DNA from: an uncultured Candidatus Saccharibacteria bacterium
Lineage (GTDB): Bacteria; Patescibacteriota; Doudnabacteria; UBA920
Direction of reading: 5' to 3'
Assembly: GCA_964474825.1 (NCBI GenBank)
Contig: CAYYWQ010000001.1
Coordinates: forward strand, 741,609 to 805,608
DNA: 64,000 nt
Positions 8,241 to 17,420 of this stretch are shown piece after piece. The notes beneath the pieces were generated by a model. That model did no database searches. It had not been told where the DNA came from and saw only the letters and a list, made by a program, of their open reading frames with translations. The translations under genes and the position numbers were made by a program. The first letter of the stretch is position 1. Each line of letters begins with the position of its first letter.

Positions 8241-8249
8241 ATCCAGTTT

Positions 8250-8278
8250 ATTATATAGAAAAAAGGCTACTCTGCCAA
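8250..8278 (-). promoter_or_regulatory. Putative promoter TTGGCA-17-TATAAT for tRNA-Arg
   Basis: On the minus strand, TTGGCA is at 8278-8273 and TATAAT at 8255-8250, about 9 nt upstream of the tRNA 5' end. Confidence 0.4.
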
Positions 8279-8305
8279 CAAAAAAACCCTTTTTTTAAGG
8301 GTTTT
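8279..8305 (-). terminator. Putative terminator at the end of the pilus operon
   Basis: On the minus strand, aaaaccctt-aaaaaaa-gggtttt is followed by a T-run. It begins at the stop codon of the 8304-8657 gene. Confidence 0.4.
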
Positions 8306-8657
8306 AAGGTAGTTGAAAGACTCCGGGAGAATCGGTTGTACCCGCAGTCCCGGCAGGTTTAGTAATATTAAAAGGATCCTTGTTAGTCCCGCCGCTAGGT
8401 CTAAAGGCACTCCCTTTTTCAAAACGTTCAACATTGGCATTATAGTCCTGGAAATTAATCCTTACCCCTTTAGGCGGCGGCGTTGAAGGGGCAGTTTGGC
8501 TCTCTAATTTTAGAACCATGGAAGCCGCGTCTTTGACCACGAAAAATTCAAAGAGCAATACCAAAACAAAGACGGCCAAAAATAAATACCGGCTGTCGGC
8601 CTTTAGTTTGCCCAAGTCCCGCATGGAAATATTTAAATTTAAGCTCACCTTTTTCAT
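8304..8657 (-). CDS. Small membrane protein, distal gene of the pilMNO operon (function unknown)
   Basis: One TM helix (YLFLAVFVLVLLFEFFVV) and a Pro/Thr/Gly-rich C-terminus. It is colinear with pilO, which is 11 nt upstream. Confidence 0.45.
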   Translation of the reverse strand: MKKVSLNLNISMRDLGKLKADSRYLFLAVFVLVLLFEFFVVKDAASMVLKLESQTAPSTPPPKGVRINFQDYNANVERFEKGSAFRPSGGTNKDPFNITKPAGTAGTTDSPGVFQLP

Positions 8658-8667
8658 TGGATTTAAA

Positions 8668-9216
8668 TTATTGATGATTACGGATATACAAAGTAACGCT
8701 CAAGGAAGAGTTAACCTCCCCACTGCCCGCAGTACTAACATTTAAGGAATGGGGCGTGGTTATATAATCTAAATTTTCTAAAGTTTCTATAAAATCAGTC
8801 ACATTACTCAAAGACCCGCTGACCGAGACGCTTATAGGAACAACAAATAACTGACTTTTGGTCGGGGCTTTAGCTATACTGGTAATCGTGCCTGCAATTC
8901 CACTTAAACTTAAATCGACATTCATTTTCTTTCCCAAATTCTCCAAAGTTTCAATTTCTTGGACCAGAGTGATGTCCTGGCTAAAAAAGTCCTGCGGCTT
9001 CATTTTCTGCTTTTGCATATTCTCCAGGTCTTCCTGCTCCAGCCGATAATTTTCAGCCTGGGCCTCCAGCGCGAGCATTTGGTTTTTTTGTTCAGAAATT
9101 TTACCCAAAGCCAGCTTGTTGGAAGCCTGAAGTATTTTAAAGCCAAAAAGAAACATTGCCCCGCAAACAGCGAGCCATACAACCAAAGTCAGGTAAATTT
9201 TAGTTTTTATTTCCAT
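8668..9216 (-). CDS. pilO: Type IV pilus assembly protein PilO-like
   Basis: N-terminal TM helix, then a coiled coil (QMLALEAQAENYRLEQEDLENMQKQ), then a periplasmic domain. It sits immediately after pilN. Confidence 0.55.
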   Translation of the reverse strand: MEIKTKIYLTLVVWLAVCGAMFLFGFKILQASNKLALGKISEQKNQMLALEAQAENYRLEQEDLENMQKQKMKPQDFFSQDITLVQEIETLENLGKKMNVDLSLSGIAGTITSIAKAPTKSQLFVVPISVSVSGSLSNVTDFIETLENLDYITTPHSLNVSTAGSGEVNSSLSVTLYIRNHQ

Positions 9217-9221
9217 TGGAT

Positions 9222-9776
9222 TTACTTTAGCAATTCTTCCCTTACTTTAAAAGTAAAATGGTAAGAAATGTTGGCAGGCTGCGCCACATTTTCCAGCGGG
9301 TAATCTATCCCGTAAAATTCCTTGTCGTCATTTAAAATATTATTATAAAGCTGAATTACCAATTCACGGCTGGGACTTTGCCCGGAAATTTGGATGGTTT
9401 TTGCAGTAAAATCAGCCGAAAAAGAATTAACACTAACTCCGGCAGGAGGCAGGGCGGCAAAAGCCTTTACAACCTTAGACCACTTTGGAATTGCCTGGCC
9501 CAGATTTTTATAGTCGGTAATAAAATTATTAAAGTCATTAATCTGTTTTATAGTCGTGGAATTCTCCTGTTTTTTTACCTGGTTTTGCAGTGTTTCAATA
9601 TTTTGGCTAATGGCGCGTGCCTGGTTTTGCAAATAAAATTTCACGCCAAGCTGGCAGGCAATGACTAAAATAAAGCTAAACACGGAAATCCCAATAAGCC
9701 ACAACAGGGTGCGGAAAATAGCTTCCTGCTTGAACAGTTGCTGTCTCGCCGGCGGTAATAAATTAATAATTTTCAT
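9222..9776 (-). CDS. pilN: Type IV pilus assembly protein PilN
   Basis: N-terminal INLLP motif followed by a single TM helix and a periplasmic domain. It sits between pilM and pilO. Confidence 0.7.
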   Translation of the reverse strand: MKIINLLPPARQQLFKQEAIFRTLLWLIGISVFSFILVIACQLGVKFYLQNQARAISQNIETLQNQVKKQENSTTIKQINDFNNFITDYKNLGQAIPKWSKVVKAFAALPPAGVSVNSFSADFTAKTIQISGQSPSRELVIQLYNNILNDDKEFYGIDYPLENVAQPANISYHFTFKVREELLK

Positions 9777-9787
9777 AATAAATACAG

Positions 9788-10849
9788 TTAACCTTTAAAA
9801 TCTATGCCGCGCAACGCCAAGCCAACGGCAGTCGTAAAACCCAGGCTGGTCTGGGGGTCCAGCAAAGGCTGTTTTAGCTCCGGCAGGCTTTGCCACGGGT
9901 TACCCAATTCCACCGACGGGTTGCCAAATTCGGCAAATTCCGGTTTTAAAAATTCCGCCAAATTTTTCATCCGCGCGCTGCCGCCGGCCAATATGATCCT
10001 CTCTACCTGCTTTTCGGAATGCTCGCCATGGAACCTTAAAATGCTTTTTATTTCAGCTACCAAATTATTTAACGCCGGAAGCAATGCAATTTTAATGTTA
10101 GGGTAATCTGCCGTGTTGGCAATGCCGATTTTTTTCTTTATTTCCTCCGCCTTAATGCTGGACACTCCCAAAATTTTCGCAATATTTTCCGTAAAGTTAT
10201 TTCCGGCAATGGGAACCGTAGACGTAAACTGCAGCACTCCTTCTTCTACCATAACCAAACTGCTCCGGTATGCGTCTAAATCCACCACCAAGGCCGTGTC
10301 CTTGCCGCCGGGCGGCAATAACGCCCGCAAACAGCTTTGCGATTCCACTTCCAAAGCGGCAGTCTTTATTCCGGCGGCGTCTAAAAAAGACAAGTACTGG
10401 TCCACAAATTCTTTAGGGGAAGCCACAATTAAAATATTCATTTTGTCCCCGTTGTCCCCTATTTTTTGCCAATCCAAATAAACCTGGTCCACGGGCAGAG
10501 GAATAAAACTCTCGGCTTCCACAGGCACTGCCGCTTCGGCCTCGGTGTCGCTCATTTGCGGAATTTGGATAACACGTACGAAAGATTTAGACTCCGGCAG
10601 GCTGATTATGGCATGGTTGCCGCGCAACTGCCCGTGCTGTGTCTTAGCAAGGTTTTGTTTTAAAATCTGGACGAAACCCTTCCCGTCAACAAAAGTGTCG
10701 TTGGACAGCATGCCCTTGGGCAAGACTGCGTCAGTGTAAGCCTGCAGTTTAACCTCGCTCCCGCTCCTTTCCAGTTGCAAAATCTTCAGCGAACTTCCGC
10801 TTATGTCGAGCCCGAAGGCAGGTTGATGGTTGGAAAAAAAGTTAAACAT
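9788..10849 (-). CDS. pilM: Type IV pilus assembly protein PilM (actin-like ATPase fold)
   Basis: FGLDISGSSLKIL N-terminus and a 353-aa actin/FtsA-like layout. It is adjacent to pilN. Confidence 0.8.
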   Translation of the reverse strand: MFNFFSNHQPAFGLDISGSSLKILQLERSGSEVKLQAYTDAVLPKGMLSNDTFVDGKGFVQILKQNLAKTQHGQLRGNHAIISLPESKSFVRVIQIPQMSDTEAEAAVPVEAESFIPLPVDQVYLDWQKIGDNGDKMNILIVASPKEFVDQYLSFLDAAGIKTAALEVESQSCLRALLPPGGKDTALVVDLDAYRSSLVMVEEGVLQFTSTVPIAGNNFTENIAKILGVSSIKAEEIKKKIGIANTADYPNIKIALLPALNNLVAEIKSILRFHGEHSEKQVERIILAGGSARMKNLAEFLKPEFAEFGNPSVELGNPWQSLPELKQPLLDPQTSLGFTTAVGLALRGIDFKG

Positions 10850-10852
10850 AGA

Positions 10853-12079
10853 CTATTGTATGCTCTGGCTAATTTGATAAATAGGGGCAATTAAAGCCAT
10901 GGCTAAAACGCCGACAACACCTCCAATAACTAAAAGCAGTAAAGGTTCAATAACAGAAGAAAGGTTACGCAGGGTAACATCTACCTCTTCTTCATAATGC
11001 TCGGCCAATTGCCCCAGAATTTCTTCCACTGTACCGCTTTCCTCGCCCACTTGCAGCATTTGAACCACAATAATAGGAAAAAGTTTTGGGTCTTTGCTTA
11101 AAGATTCGGTTAAAGGTTTTCCTAATTTAACATCTATGGAAGCATTGGCCACTATATCCCGGTACCATACATTGTCCATTGAGTCGCCGGCCACTTCCAG
11201 GCCCTGGACAATGGGAATACCGCTTTTTAAAAGCGAACTTAAAATTCTTGAGAAGCGGGCCAAGTTAATTTTTTTGTCTATGGTGTTAATTAAATAAAAA
11301 TGAACCAATAACCAGTCCAAAGAACGCCTTCCGGCGGCAGTTTTGTAAAAACCATAAAGGCTGGCAAAAAATGCAAACATTATTAATATTGAAACCACGG
11401 CATGATTACCCATAAAATCAGAAAGTACAATAACCGCTTGTGTTGTAATGGGAAGTTTGCCGTTAAAATCCTTAAAAACCGCGGTTAAGGTTGGCAGCAC
11501 AAAAATTGACAACAGTACGCCAATAATTATCATGGCAAAAACAATAACCGAGGGGTATATCATGGCGCCTTTTATTTTAGAACGAAGGTCCGCTTCACGC
11601 CGCAATTGTATGGTTAAATACTGCAAGCTACTTTCCAAATTACCGGAAATTTCCCCAACTTTTATCATACTGGAAACAATATTTGAAAAAACAGTGGGGT
11701 ATTTACCCACAGCTTCCCCCAAACTTTTCCCGGACTCCACCTGCTGGGCAATATCGGTCAGGATTTTTTTAAAACGCGCGTTCCTGCTTTGTTTTACCTG
11801 AATTTGCAAAGCGCGGGTTACGGAAATTCCGGCTTTAAGCATTACTCCCAAATTTTCAATAAATCCGATTTTTTCGCTTAAAGATACGGTACCAATCTCA
11901 TTCAGCTTGTCTAAAATGGAACCTTCTGCCGCCTGCTCCAGGCTAGTCGGGAGCAGTCCCCGCTCTTTTAACATATGTCCGGCCGCGGCCAAACTAGGCG
12001 CGGAAATATCCCCGCTTTCCCTCTGCCCCTGTTTAGTAATGGCGCTATATGTAAATTCAGACATGAGATAGGCTTGCAA
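10853..12079 (-). CDS. pilC: Type IV pilus platform protein PilC (GspF/T2SS-F family)
   Basis: Two T2SS-F repeats with GISxxRAL-type motifs (LKAGISVTRALQI). The polytopic membrane topology fits. Confidence 0.85.
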   Translation of the reverse strand: MQAYLMSEFTYSAITKQGQRESGDISAPSLAAAGHMLKERGLLPTSLEQAAEGSILDKLNEIGTVSLSEKIGFIENLGVMLKAGISVTRALQIQVKQSRNARFKKILTDIAQQVESGKSLGEAVGKYPTVFSNIVSSMIKVGEISGNLESSLQYLTIQLRREADLRSKIKGAMIYPSVIVFAMIIIGVLLSIFVLPTLTAVFKDFNGKLPITTQAVIVLSDFMGNHAVVSILIMFAFFASLYGFYKTAAGRRSLDWLLVHFYLINTIDKKINLARFSRILSSLLKSGIPIVQGLEVAGDSMDNVWYRDIVANASIDVKLGKPLTESLSKDPKLFPIIVVQMLQVGEESGTVEEILGQLAEHYEEEVDVTLRNLSSVIEPLLLLVIGGVVGVLAMALIAPIYQISQSIQ

Positions 12080-12166
12080 TTAAAAGATTAAAAGATTTAA
12101 TGATTGAAAGATTCTGATATTTTAAAATTTCCACAATCTTTAAATCTTTTTATTTTTTTTATTTTT
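12080..12166. repeat. AAAGATT(G)-family intergenic repeat (palindromic arrangement) between pilC and pilB
   Basis: aaaagattaaaagatttaatgattgaaagatt ... caatctttaaatcttttt. The heptamer/octamer family is shared with sites at 2950-2975, 54607-54990, 59075-59143 and 60251-60742. Confidence 0.4.
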
Positions 12167-13921
12167 CTATTCCTTTGACACCCTCACAATTTCCTCAACT
12201 GTTGTTATTCCTTGGGCGGCTTTTATAAAACCGTCTTCCCACATTAAGACCATTCCCTCTTTTTCAGCCTGCTCCTGGATTTCCTGGGCGCTTTTGTGTC
12301 CCATTATCATTTGCCCGATTTCCGGGGTTACTTCCAAAATTTCGTGGATGCCCACGCGGCCTTTGTAGCCGCTGTGGTTGCACTTGTCACAGCCTTCGCC
12401 TTTGTAAAATTTTACTTCGGTAACAGACTTAACTTTGTCTGTGGCAAGTCCCCGTGCCACCAAAACCGGCAATAATTTTTCCATATGGAATTGCCTGTCC
12501 AAGGTAGTTAATGCCGCTTCTTCAAGTTTTACCGCGACTTTACAGTCTTTACAAATAACACGCACCAAGCGCTGGGCCATAACAGCGTTAATGGTGGAAG
12601 CAATTAAAAAAGGTTCCACGCCAATGTCCAAAAGCCTGGGCAGGGCCGCGGCCGCGTCGTTAGTATGCAGGGTAGAAAATACAATGTGTCCGGTCATGGC
12701 CGCGTGCACGGCTTCTTCCGCGGTTTCCTTGTCGCGGATTTCACCGATCATAATAATGTTAGGATCTTGCCTAAGCAGAGCCCGCAGACCAATGTCAAAA
12801 GTCAGCCCGATCTTAGGGTTAATTTGCATTTGGTTTGCGCCCACAATGCGATATTCCACCGGGTCTTCAATGGTGGAAATATTTACGCTTTTGGTGTTGA
12901 GCATGGAAAGCACGGTGTATAGAGTGGTGGATTTTCCGCTTCCGGTAGGACCGGTAACTAACATCATGCCGTGCGGACGCTTAACGTTACGCGTAATTAT
13001 TTCAATATCAATTGCTTCAAAACCCAAGTCTTCCAAGGAAGCGGCTTTGGCGGATTCGTCCAATAAACGGATAACCACTTTTTCCCCATCAAAAATTGGA
13101 ATTGTAGAAACACGCATGGAAAACTTATAGCCGTCTTTTTCAATTTTAAAGCGTCCGTCCTGGGGCAAACGGTGTTCGTCAATTTTTAAATTAGACAAAA
13201 CTTTAATACGCGCGACTATGGCAGCCTGAATAACTTTTGGCAAAGTCATAACGTCATGCAGCACGCCGTCTATACGGTAGCGGACAATAACAGAACTTTC
13301 CTGGGGCTCAATGTGTATGTCTGAAGCTTTTTCAAAAATTGCGTATTCAATTAAAGTATCTACCACGCGAATGACCGGAATTTCTTCGGCCATTTTTTTA
13401 AGGCCATCGTCCGCGCTCTCCCCTTCGGGCTTGGACTTCAGGCCTTTGTCGCCCGGGGCTGTAAACAAGTGTTTGATTTCTTTTTCCAGGCTGGAATGGT
13501 ATTTGGAAAGGCCAAAATCTAAACTGGCCTTGCCAATAAGGAATATTTTTATTTTTAGGCCGGTTTTCTTTTGAATGAATTCCTTGGTTTGGAGGTCGGT
13601 AGGGTCTGTCATTGCCAAAGACAAATCTTCTTTGGTTTTTGCAAAGCTGATTACTTGGTGGCGGTGCGCAATAGGTTCGGGAACCAAATTTAAAATGTCC
13701 TGGGCAATGGTTTCATTGCGTAAATCCACAACCTTTACCCCCAAAAGCTCGCTTTTAACAGCCAATAACTGCTCTTCACTGACTACTTTTTTCTCAAGCA
13801 AAAAATCTTCCCAAGGCGCGGCAACTTTTTGGGTGTTAAGCTCTTTGTCCAACTGCAGGATTGAGCTGTCAGTTAAAAATTTTTTTTCTTTTAATGCTTG
13901 GTTAAGCAGTTTCTTGTCCAT
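12167..13921 (-). CDS. pilB: Type IV pilus assembly ATPase PilB (GspE family)
   Basis: N-terminal GSPII_E_N-type domain, Walker A GPTGSGKSTT, Asp/His boxes and a C-terminal tetracysteine CKDCK...CDKC. Confidence 0.9.
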   Translation of the reverse strand: MDKKLLNQALKEKKFLTDSSILQLDKELNTQKVAAPWEDFLLEKKVVSEEQLLAVKSELLGVKVVDLRNETIAQDILNLVPEPIAHRHQVISFAKTKEDLSLAMTDPTDLQTKEFIQKKTGLKIKIFLIGKASLDFGLSKYHSSLEKEIKHLFTAPGDKGLKSKPEGESADDGLKKMAEEIPVIRVVDTLIEYAIFEKASDIHIEPQESSVIVRYRIDGVLHDVMTLPKVIQAAIVARIKVLSNLKIDEHRLPQDGRFKIEKDGYKFSMRVSTIPIFDGEKVVIRLLDESAKAASLEDLGFEAIDIEIITRNVKRPHGMMLVTGPTGSGKSTTLYTVLSMLNTKSVNISTIEDPVEYRIVGANQMQINPKIGLTFDIGLRALLRQDPNIIMIGEIRDKETAEEAVHAAMTGHIVFSTLHTNDAAAALPRLLDIGVEPFLIASTINAVMAQRLVRVICKDCKVAVKLEEAALTTLDRQFHMEKLLPVLVARGLATDKVKSVTEVKFYKGEGCDKCNHSGYKGRVGIHEILEVTPEIGQMIMGHKSAQEIQEQAEKEGMVLMWEDGFIKAAQGITTVEEIVRVSKE

Positions 13922-13968
13922 TTGGAAACTTTAGTTTTGATTTCAAGTTTTGGCTTTTTTGCTAACTT

Positions 13969-13997
13969 ATTATAACACGATTTATATACTTACGCAA
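13969..13997 (-). promoter_or_regulatory. Putative promoter TTGCGT-17-TATAAT for the pilB-pilC-pilMNO operon
   Basis: On the minus strand, TTGCGT is at 13997-13992 and TATAAT at 13974-13969, about 48 nt upstream of the pilB ATG. Confidence 0.4.
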
Positions 13998-14004
13998 AAA
14001 ATAA

Positions 14005-14033
14005 AGAAAACTCCGCGAAGAGCGGAGTTTTAA
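14005..14033. terminator. Bidirectional rho-independent terminator
   Basis: Hairpin aaaactccgcgaagagcggagtttt with a flanking A/T run. It is downstream of the 14053-14277 gene stop. Confidence 0.55.
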
Positions 14034-14052
14034 AAAAATAAATACGCTTATA

Positions 14053-14277
14053 TTACATCTTTAGAAACTCCAAAAGCTTATAAACCAGCATAGCCGGCCA
14101 AACCATGGCCTTTAAAACCCCTAAAACCCCCATGCCAAACGTGGCCGCGTGCTGAATGTAAAAAATTAACGCTCCAATAAACCCTAAACCATAAGCCCCG
14201 CTGGCCGCGCCATGGCCGCGCATATTGCCGCAATGCCTGCAGCAATTCTCCATAGGTGCCGTATTTCCATTTTCCAT
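14053..14277 (-). CDS. Small membrane protein with an N-terminal Cys/His-rich segment
   Basis: The N-terminal Cys/His-rich segment CCRHCGNMRGHG is followed by two hydrophobic helices. Confidence 0.4.
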   Translation of the reverse strand: MENGNTAPMENCCRHCGNMRGHGAASGAYGLGFIGALIFYIQHAATFGMGVLGVLKAMVWPAMLVYKLLEFLKM

Positions 14278-14320
14278 AAAATTCCTTTCTACATTAGCGG
14301 CTCCCGGGCCGTCCTGTTAA

Positions 14321-14557
14321 TTATTTTTTCCAGCGAGGGGCAAAACGAATTAAATAAGTGAATAGCTTTGCCTTAAGCTTATTCATTCCTCCCTTTACCA
14401 TACTTTCGTAAGAATTTTTTTGGAATTCTTTTAAGTCAGCTCCTTCATAACTGAGCTTGCCGTCCTTAAAACAATAACTGCAATAACGGTCCGACTCCCT
14501 CGCCCCCGGGTCTTTACTAAACGGCATTGAACAACTTTCACACCTTGTATTTTCCAT
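14321..14557 (-). CDS. Zinc-ribbon domain protein
   Basis: The two cysteine pairs CESC...CSYC fit a zinc-ribbon fold. Confidence 0.5.
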   Translation of the reverse strand: MENTRCESCSMPFSKDPGARESDRYCSYCFKDGKLSYEGADLKEFQKNSYESMVKGGMNKLKAKLFTYLIRFAPRWKK

Positions 14558-14568
14558 AAATTTTTAAA

Positions 14569-15426
14569 TTAATTTTTTGCAAACATGTTTTTTACTTCAT
14601 CCGGATAGTCAGTGCAAATAATATCGGGCTTTAGGCTTATTATTTCACTAATTCTTTCGAATAAAATATTTTTGTCAGCCGCATCGGAGTGTTTTTCCGA
14701 ACCCAAAAGTCCGGGCGAGGAAGAATGCAGTTCCGGGGTAATCAGGCCAATACCAAGCCCTTTGCCGCGAATTTTTTTAAATACCTCTTCGGTGTATAAT
14801 TTTTTTGTACCTCCGCCTTTGTCCACCCTGTCCCATTCGTCCAGCCATACCCAGTCAAATAAATTTTTATTTTCCAGCGCCATTTCCAAAGGCAAAAGGG
14901 TGCCGCCAACGCAGCTATTATAACGCTCAATGTCGTAAGGGTGGGCAACGGAAGGAGCCAAATGCAGCTTGCTGTTTTTTTCTTTTAAATATTTTGCGGT
15001 TTCAACAGTTACGTCGAATATAATAAATTTTTCAGGATCTGCTTTTTCTAAAAAAGGAAGGATAACGTCTACAGCTTGTTTATTTTGCATACCATGCTTT
15101 ATGTGGATAGCAGAAACTGCGCCGGAAGCTTGTTTTTTACTAATGAGCTCCAGGAGATGCTCAAAAGACGCTAAATGGCAGCCATTAAAATTAAAAGATG
15201 TTATCTCATTTAAAGCAAGCTCACTAATCTTATTATTTTTTTCGCCACGAGAAATCCTCTCCAAATTTGAGTCGTGGGAAACCACAATTTGATTGTCTTT
15301 TGTCAGTTGCAGGTCAAATTCCAAACCAAAACCGTTTTCCAATTGGTCTGTAAACGCTTCAAGCGAACTTTCCAAAAAATAATTTTGTTTTGAAAAATTT
15401 AATCCTCTGTGGGTAATTACGTTCAT
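14569..15426 (-). CDS. Glycerophosphodiester phosphodiesterase (GDPD family)
   Basis: N-terminal HRG motif (VITHRGLNF), E..AF and G..LEFDLQLTKDNQIVVSHD catalytic-core signature. Confidence 0.8.
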   Translation of the reverse strand: MNVITHRGLNFSKQNYFLESSLEAFTDQLENGFGLEFDLQLTKDNQIVVSHDSNLERISRGEKNNKISELALNEITSFNFNGCHLASFEHLLELISKKQASGAVSAIHIKHGMQNKQAVDVILPFLEKADPEKFIIFDVTVETAKYLKEKNSKLHLAPSVAHPYDIERYNSCVGGTLLPLEMALENKNLFDWVWLDEWDRVDKGGGTKKLYTEEVFKKIRGKGLGIGLITPELHSSSPGLLGSEKHSDAADKNILFERISEIISLKPDIICTDYPDEVKNMFAKN

Positions 15427-16166
15427 TCGGCTTTTTTAATTGTGGCTAAAAATTGGTTTAAATCTTCCGGGGTGCCCAAACCATGCATTTGTTCCGGCTT
15501 AATTTCATGGGTATAAATTTTGCTTCCCGCAATTAGCATTTCGTTGTAAACCGGGCAGACAAAAAATTCATTGTTATGCCTTATGTCTTTTTTTATCATC
15601 GACTGGGCGCTGCTAACGAAATCGCTGCCTTTTTTAAAAAAATAAAGTCCTACTGTGGCGTTGTCGGAAATAACTTTTTTCTCAGCTGTTTCTAAAACCA
15701 TGCCGCTTTCGTCAGTCCGGGCGTAGCTCCACTTTGGATGACTGGATTTAAAAGTCATTATACGGCCATCGCCTTTTTCCCGCGCCGCTTCTATAAAAGA
15801 ATTAATGTCTATGTCTATTATTTGGTCGGCATTGGCAATAAGCATTTCGTCGTCATTATTAATATACTTAATTGCCGTTAAAACCGTGCAGGCCGCGCCT
15901 TGGGTTTGGCCAAGCAAGGGCACAACTTCAAACTTGTTGTCTGTGGCTTTTTGCAAGACATGGTAAAGGTCGTATTTATCCAAATGCTCCTTAAGCGCTA
16001 CAAAAATAAACCTGTGGGGAGTTTTAGGCCGCAAATTTTCCACGACCATTTCTATCATGGTTTTGCCGCCCATGTCTATTAAAGGCTTGGGGAATGTGTA
16101 ACCCGCGTTTATAAATGCCCCTCCCCTCCCTGCCATTGGCATTACAATATTTAATATTTTTTCCAT
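15423..16166 (-). CDS. Sugar-/alcohol-phosphate nucleotidyltransferase (NTP_transferase fold), paralog 1
   Basis: N-terminal IVMPMAGRGGAF...PKPL nucleotide-binding loop. The C-terminus GLGTPEDL is shared with the neighbouring paralog. Size is 247 aa, in the LicC/RfbF/HddC-like range. Confidence 0.7.
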   Translation of the reverse strand: MEKILNIVMPMAGRGGAFINAGYTFPKPLIDMGGKTMIEMVVENLRPKTPHRFIFVALKEHLDKYDLYHVLQKATDNKFEVVPLLGQTQGAACTVLTAIKYINNDDEMLIANADQIIDIDINSFIEAAREKGDGRIMTFKSSHPKWSYARTDESGMVLETAEKKVISDNATVGLYFFKKGSDFVSSAQSMIKKDIRHNNEFFVCPVYNEMLIAGSKIYTHEIKPEQMHGLGTPEDLNQFLATIKKAE

Positions 16167-16242
16167 ATATTTTATTTAGGACCTAAGTCTCATCTGGATA
16201 TTAAATAATAGATGAAACGCTTAAGCTCTTTATAATTAATGA

Positions 16243-17064
16243 TTATGGTTTTTCTACTTTGCAATTCTTCAAAAATATACCTAAATCTTCCGGTGTTCCA
16301 AGTCCCCAAACTTCCGGTAGCAGCGCGGCCCTAAGCTTCATGCCTTTATTTAGCAAACGCTGATAGAGGGGGGCTATGTAAAATTCCCCCTTGCCCGAAG
16401 GCCCGCTGACTTCGTTTTTTTCCATAACTTCTTCCACTTCCCGTAAAAAATATTTGGCTTTGGAAAAATAGTAAGCGCCAATGTTGGCAGGAGCGCCTTT
16501 TTTCATAAGCTCCGGGTCTTTTTCGCCGACCTGGATTATTTCGTCCGTGCCTTCCTTAAGGAGCGAATAACTCCAACGGGCAATGCCGTCGTTTGGCGGA
16601 GTAAATACCGGAATTATCCCGGCTGTTTCCGGGCCCTTTTCCAAAATAATTTTTTGTAAAATAGAACCGTCAAAAAAATGGTCTGAGTCGGAAAACAACA
16701 CGTCCTCCTCGTCGTTTAAAAACGGCTTGGCTTGGTAAGCGGTTTCGGCCGCTCCCCGTGTTAGGGCCGGCAGAACAATAACATTAACCTCGTCTGAATA
16801 AATTTCCTTAAGCTGTTTGGCTATTTGGTGCTGGTCGTCGTGTTCTTTTAAAATTATAAAGACAATGTCTTTCGGCGTAACTTTTAAAGGCCCGGTAACA
16901 GTTTGTCCCGGATGCTCTACAAAAGGTAAAGAGCCTGTAGCCCACCGCACCATTGGTATGCCGCGCACTAAAATAAAAGGTTTTGGTTTTTTGTATTCCG
17001 GATTTTGGTCTACTGCTTTAGCAAACCGAGTGCCAAGACCTGCCATGGGGATTACTAGTTTCAT
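16243..17064 (-). CDS. Sugar-/alcohol-phosphate nucleotidyltransferase (NTP_transferase fold), paralog 2
   Basis: VIPMAGLGTRF...KPKPF loop. Conserved GLGTPEDL C-terminal block. Confidence 0.7.
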   Translation of the reverse strand: MKLVIPMAGLGTRFAKAVDQNPEYKKPKPFILVRGIPMVRWATGSLPFVEHPGQTVTGPLKVTPKDIVFIILKEHDDQHQIAKQLKEIYSDEVNVIVLPALTRGAAETAYQAKPFLNDEEDVLFSDSDHFFDGSILQKIILEKGPETAGIIPVFTPPNDGIARWSYSLLKEGTDEIIQVGEKDPELMKKGAPANIGAYYFSKAKYFLREVEEVMEKNEVSGPSGKGEFYIAPLYQRLLNKGMKLRAALLPEVWGLGTPEDLGIFLKNCKVEKP

Positions 17065-17096
17065 GAATTTAGTTGTTAGTTGTTAGTAAATAGTTA

Positions 17097-17420
17097 TTAG
17101 GCGGCCGAGTACTTATCACCCATAACAGATGGGGTCTTAATTACAGCGGTGGCCCCATCTTTAACACAAATAAATTCCACTGCGTCACCCGGCTCTACAT
17201 CTATCACTTCCCCCGCTGCCACGGCCCGTCCGTTTAAGGTAAATTCACCCGAAACCACAATAGAAATTTCGCGGGCAATTTTATGCACGTGCTTTTCATG
17301 TTTTTCTCCGGCTTTAAAATTTTGCACTGCAAATTCAAAATCTTTTGTGCGCATTATGCTCGGCTCGAAATTCCCAACCACCCAGCCCCTTGTAAAATTT
17401 TCCAATTTATAAAATTTCAT
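17097..17420 (-). CDS. Cupin-domain protein (small, sugar-pathway associated)
   Basis: 107 aa with a beta-rich cupin-like His/Glu pattern (HEKHVHKIAREISIVVSGEF...GDAVEF). Confidence 0.5.
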   Translation of the reverse strand: MKFYKLENFTRGWVVGNFEPSIMRTKDFEFAVQNFKAGEKHEKHVHKIAREISIVVSGEFTLNGRAVAAGEVIDVEPGDAVEFICVKDGATAVIKTPSVMGDKYSAA

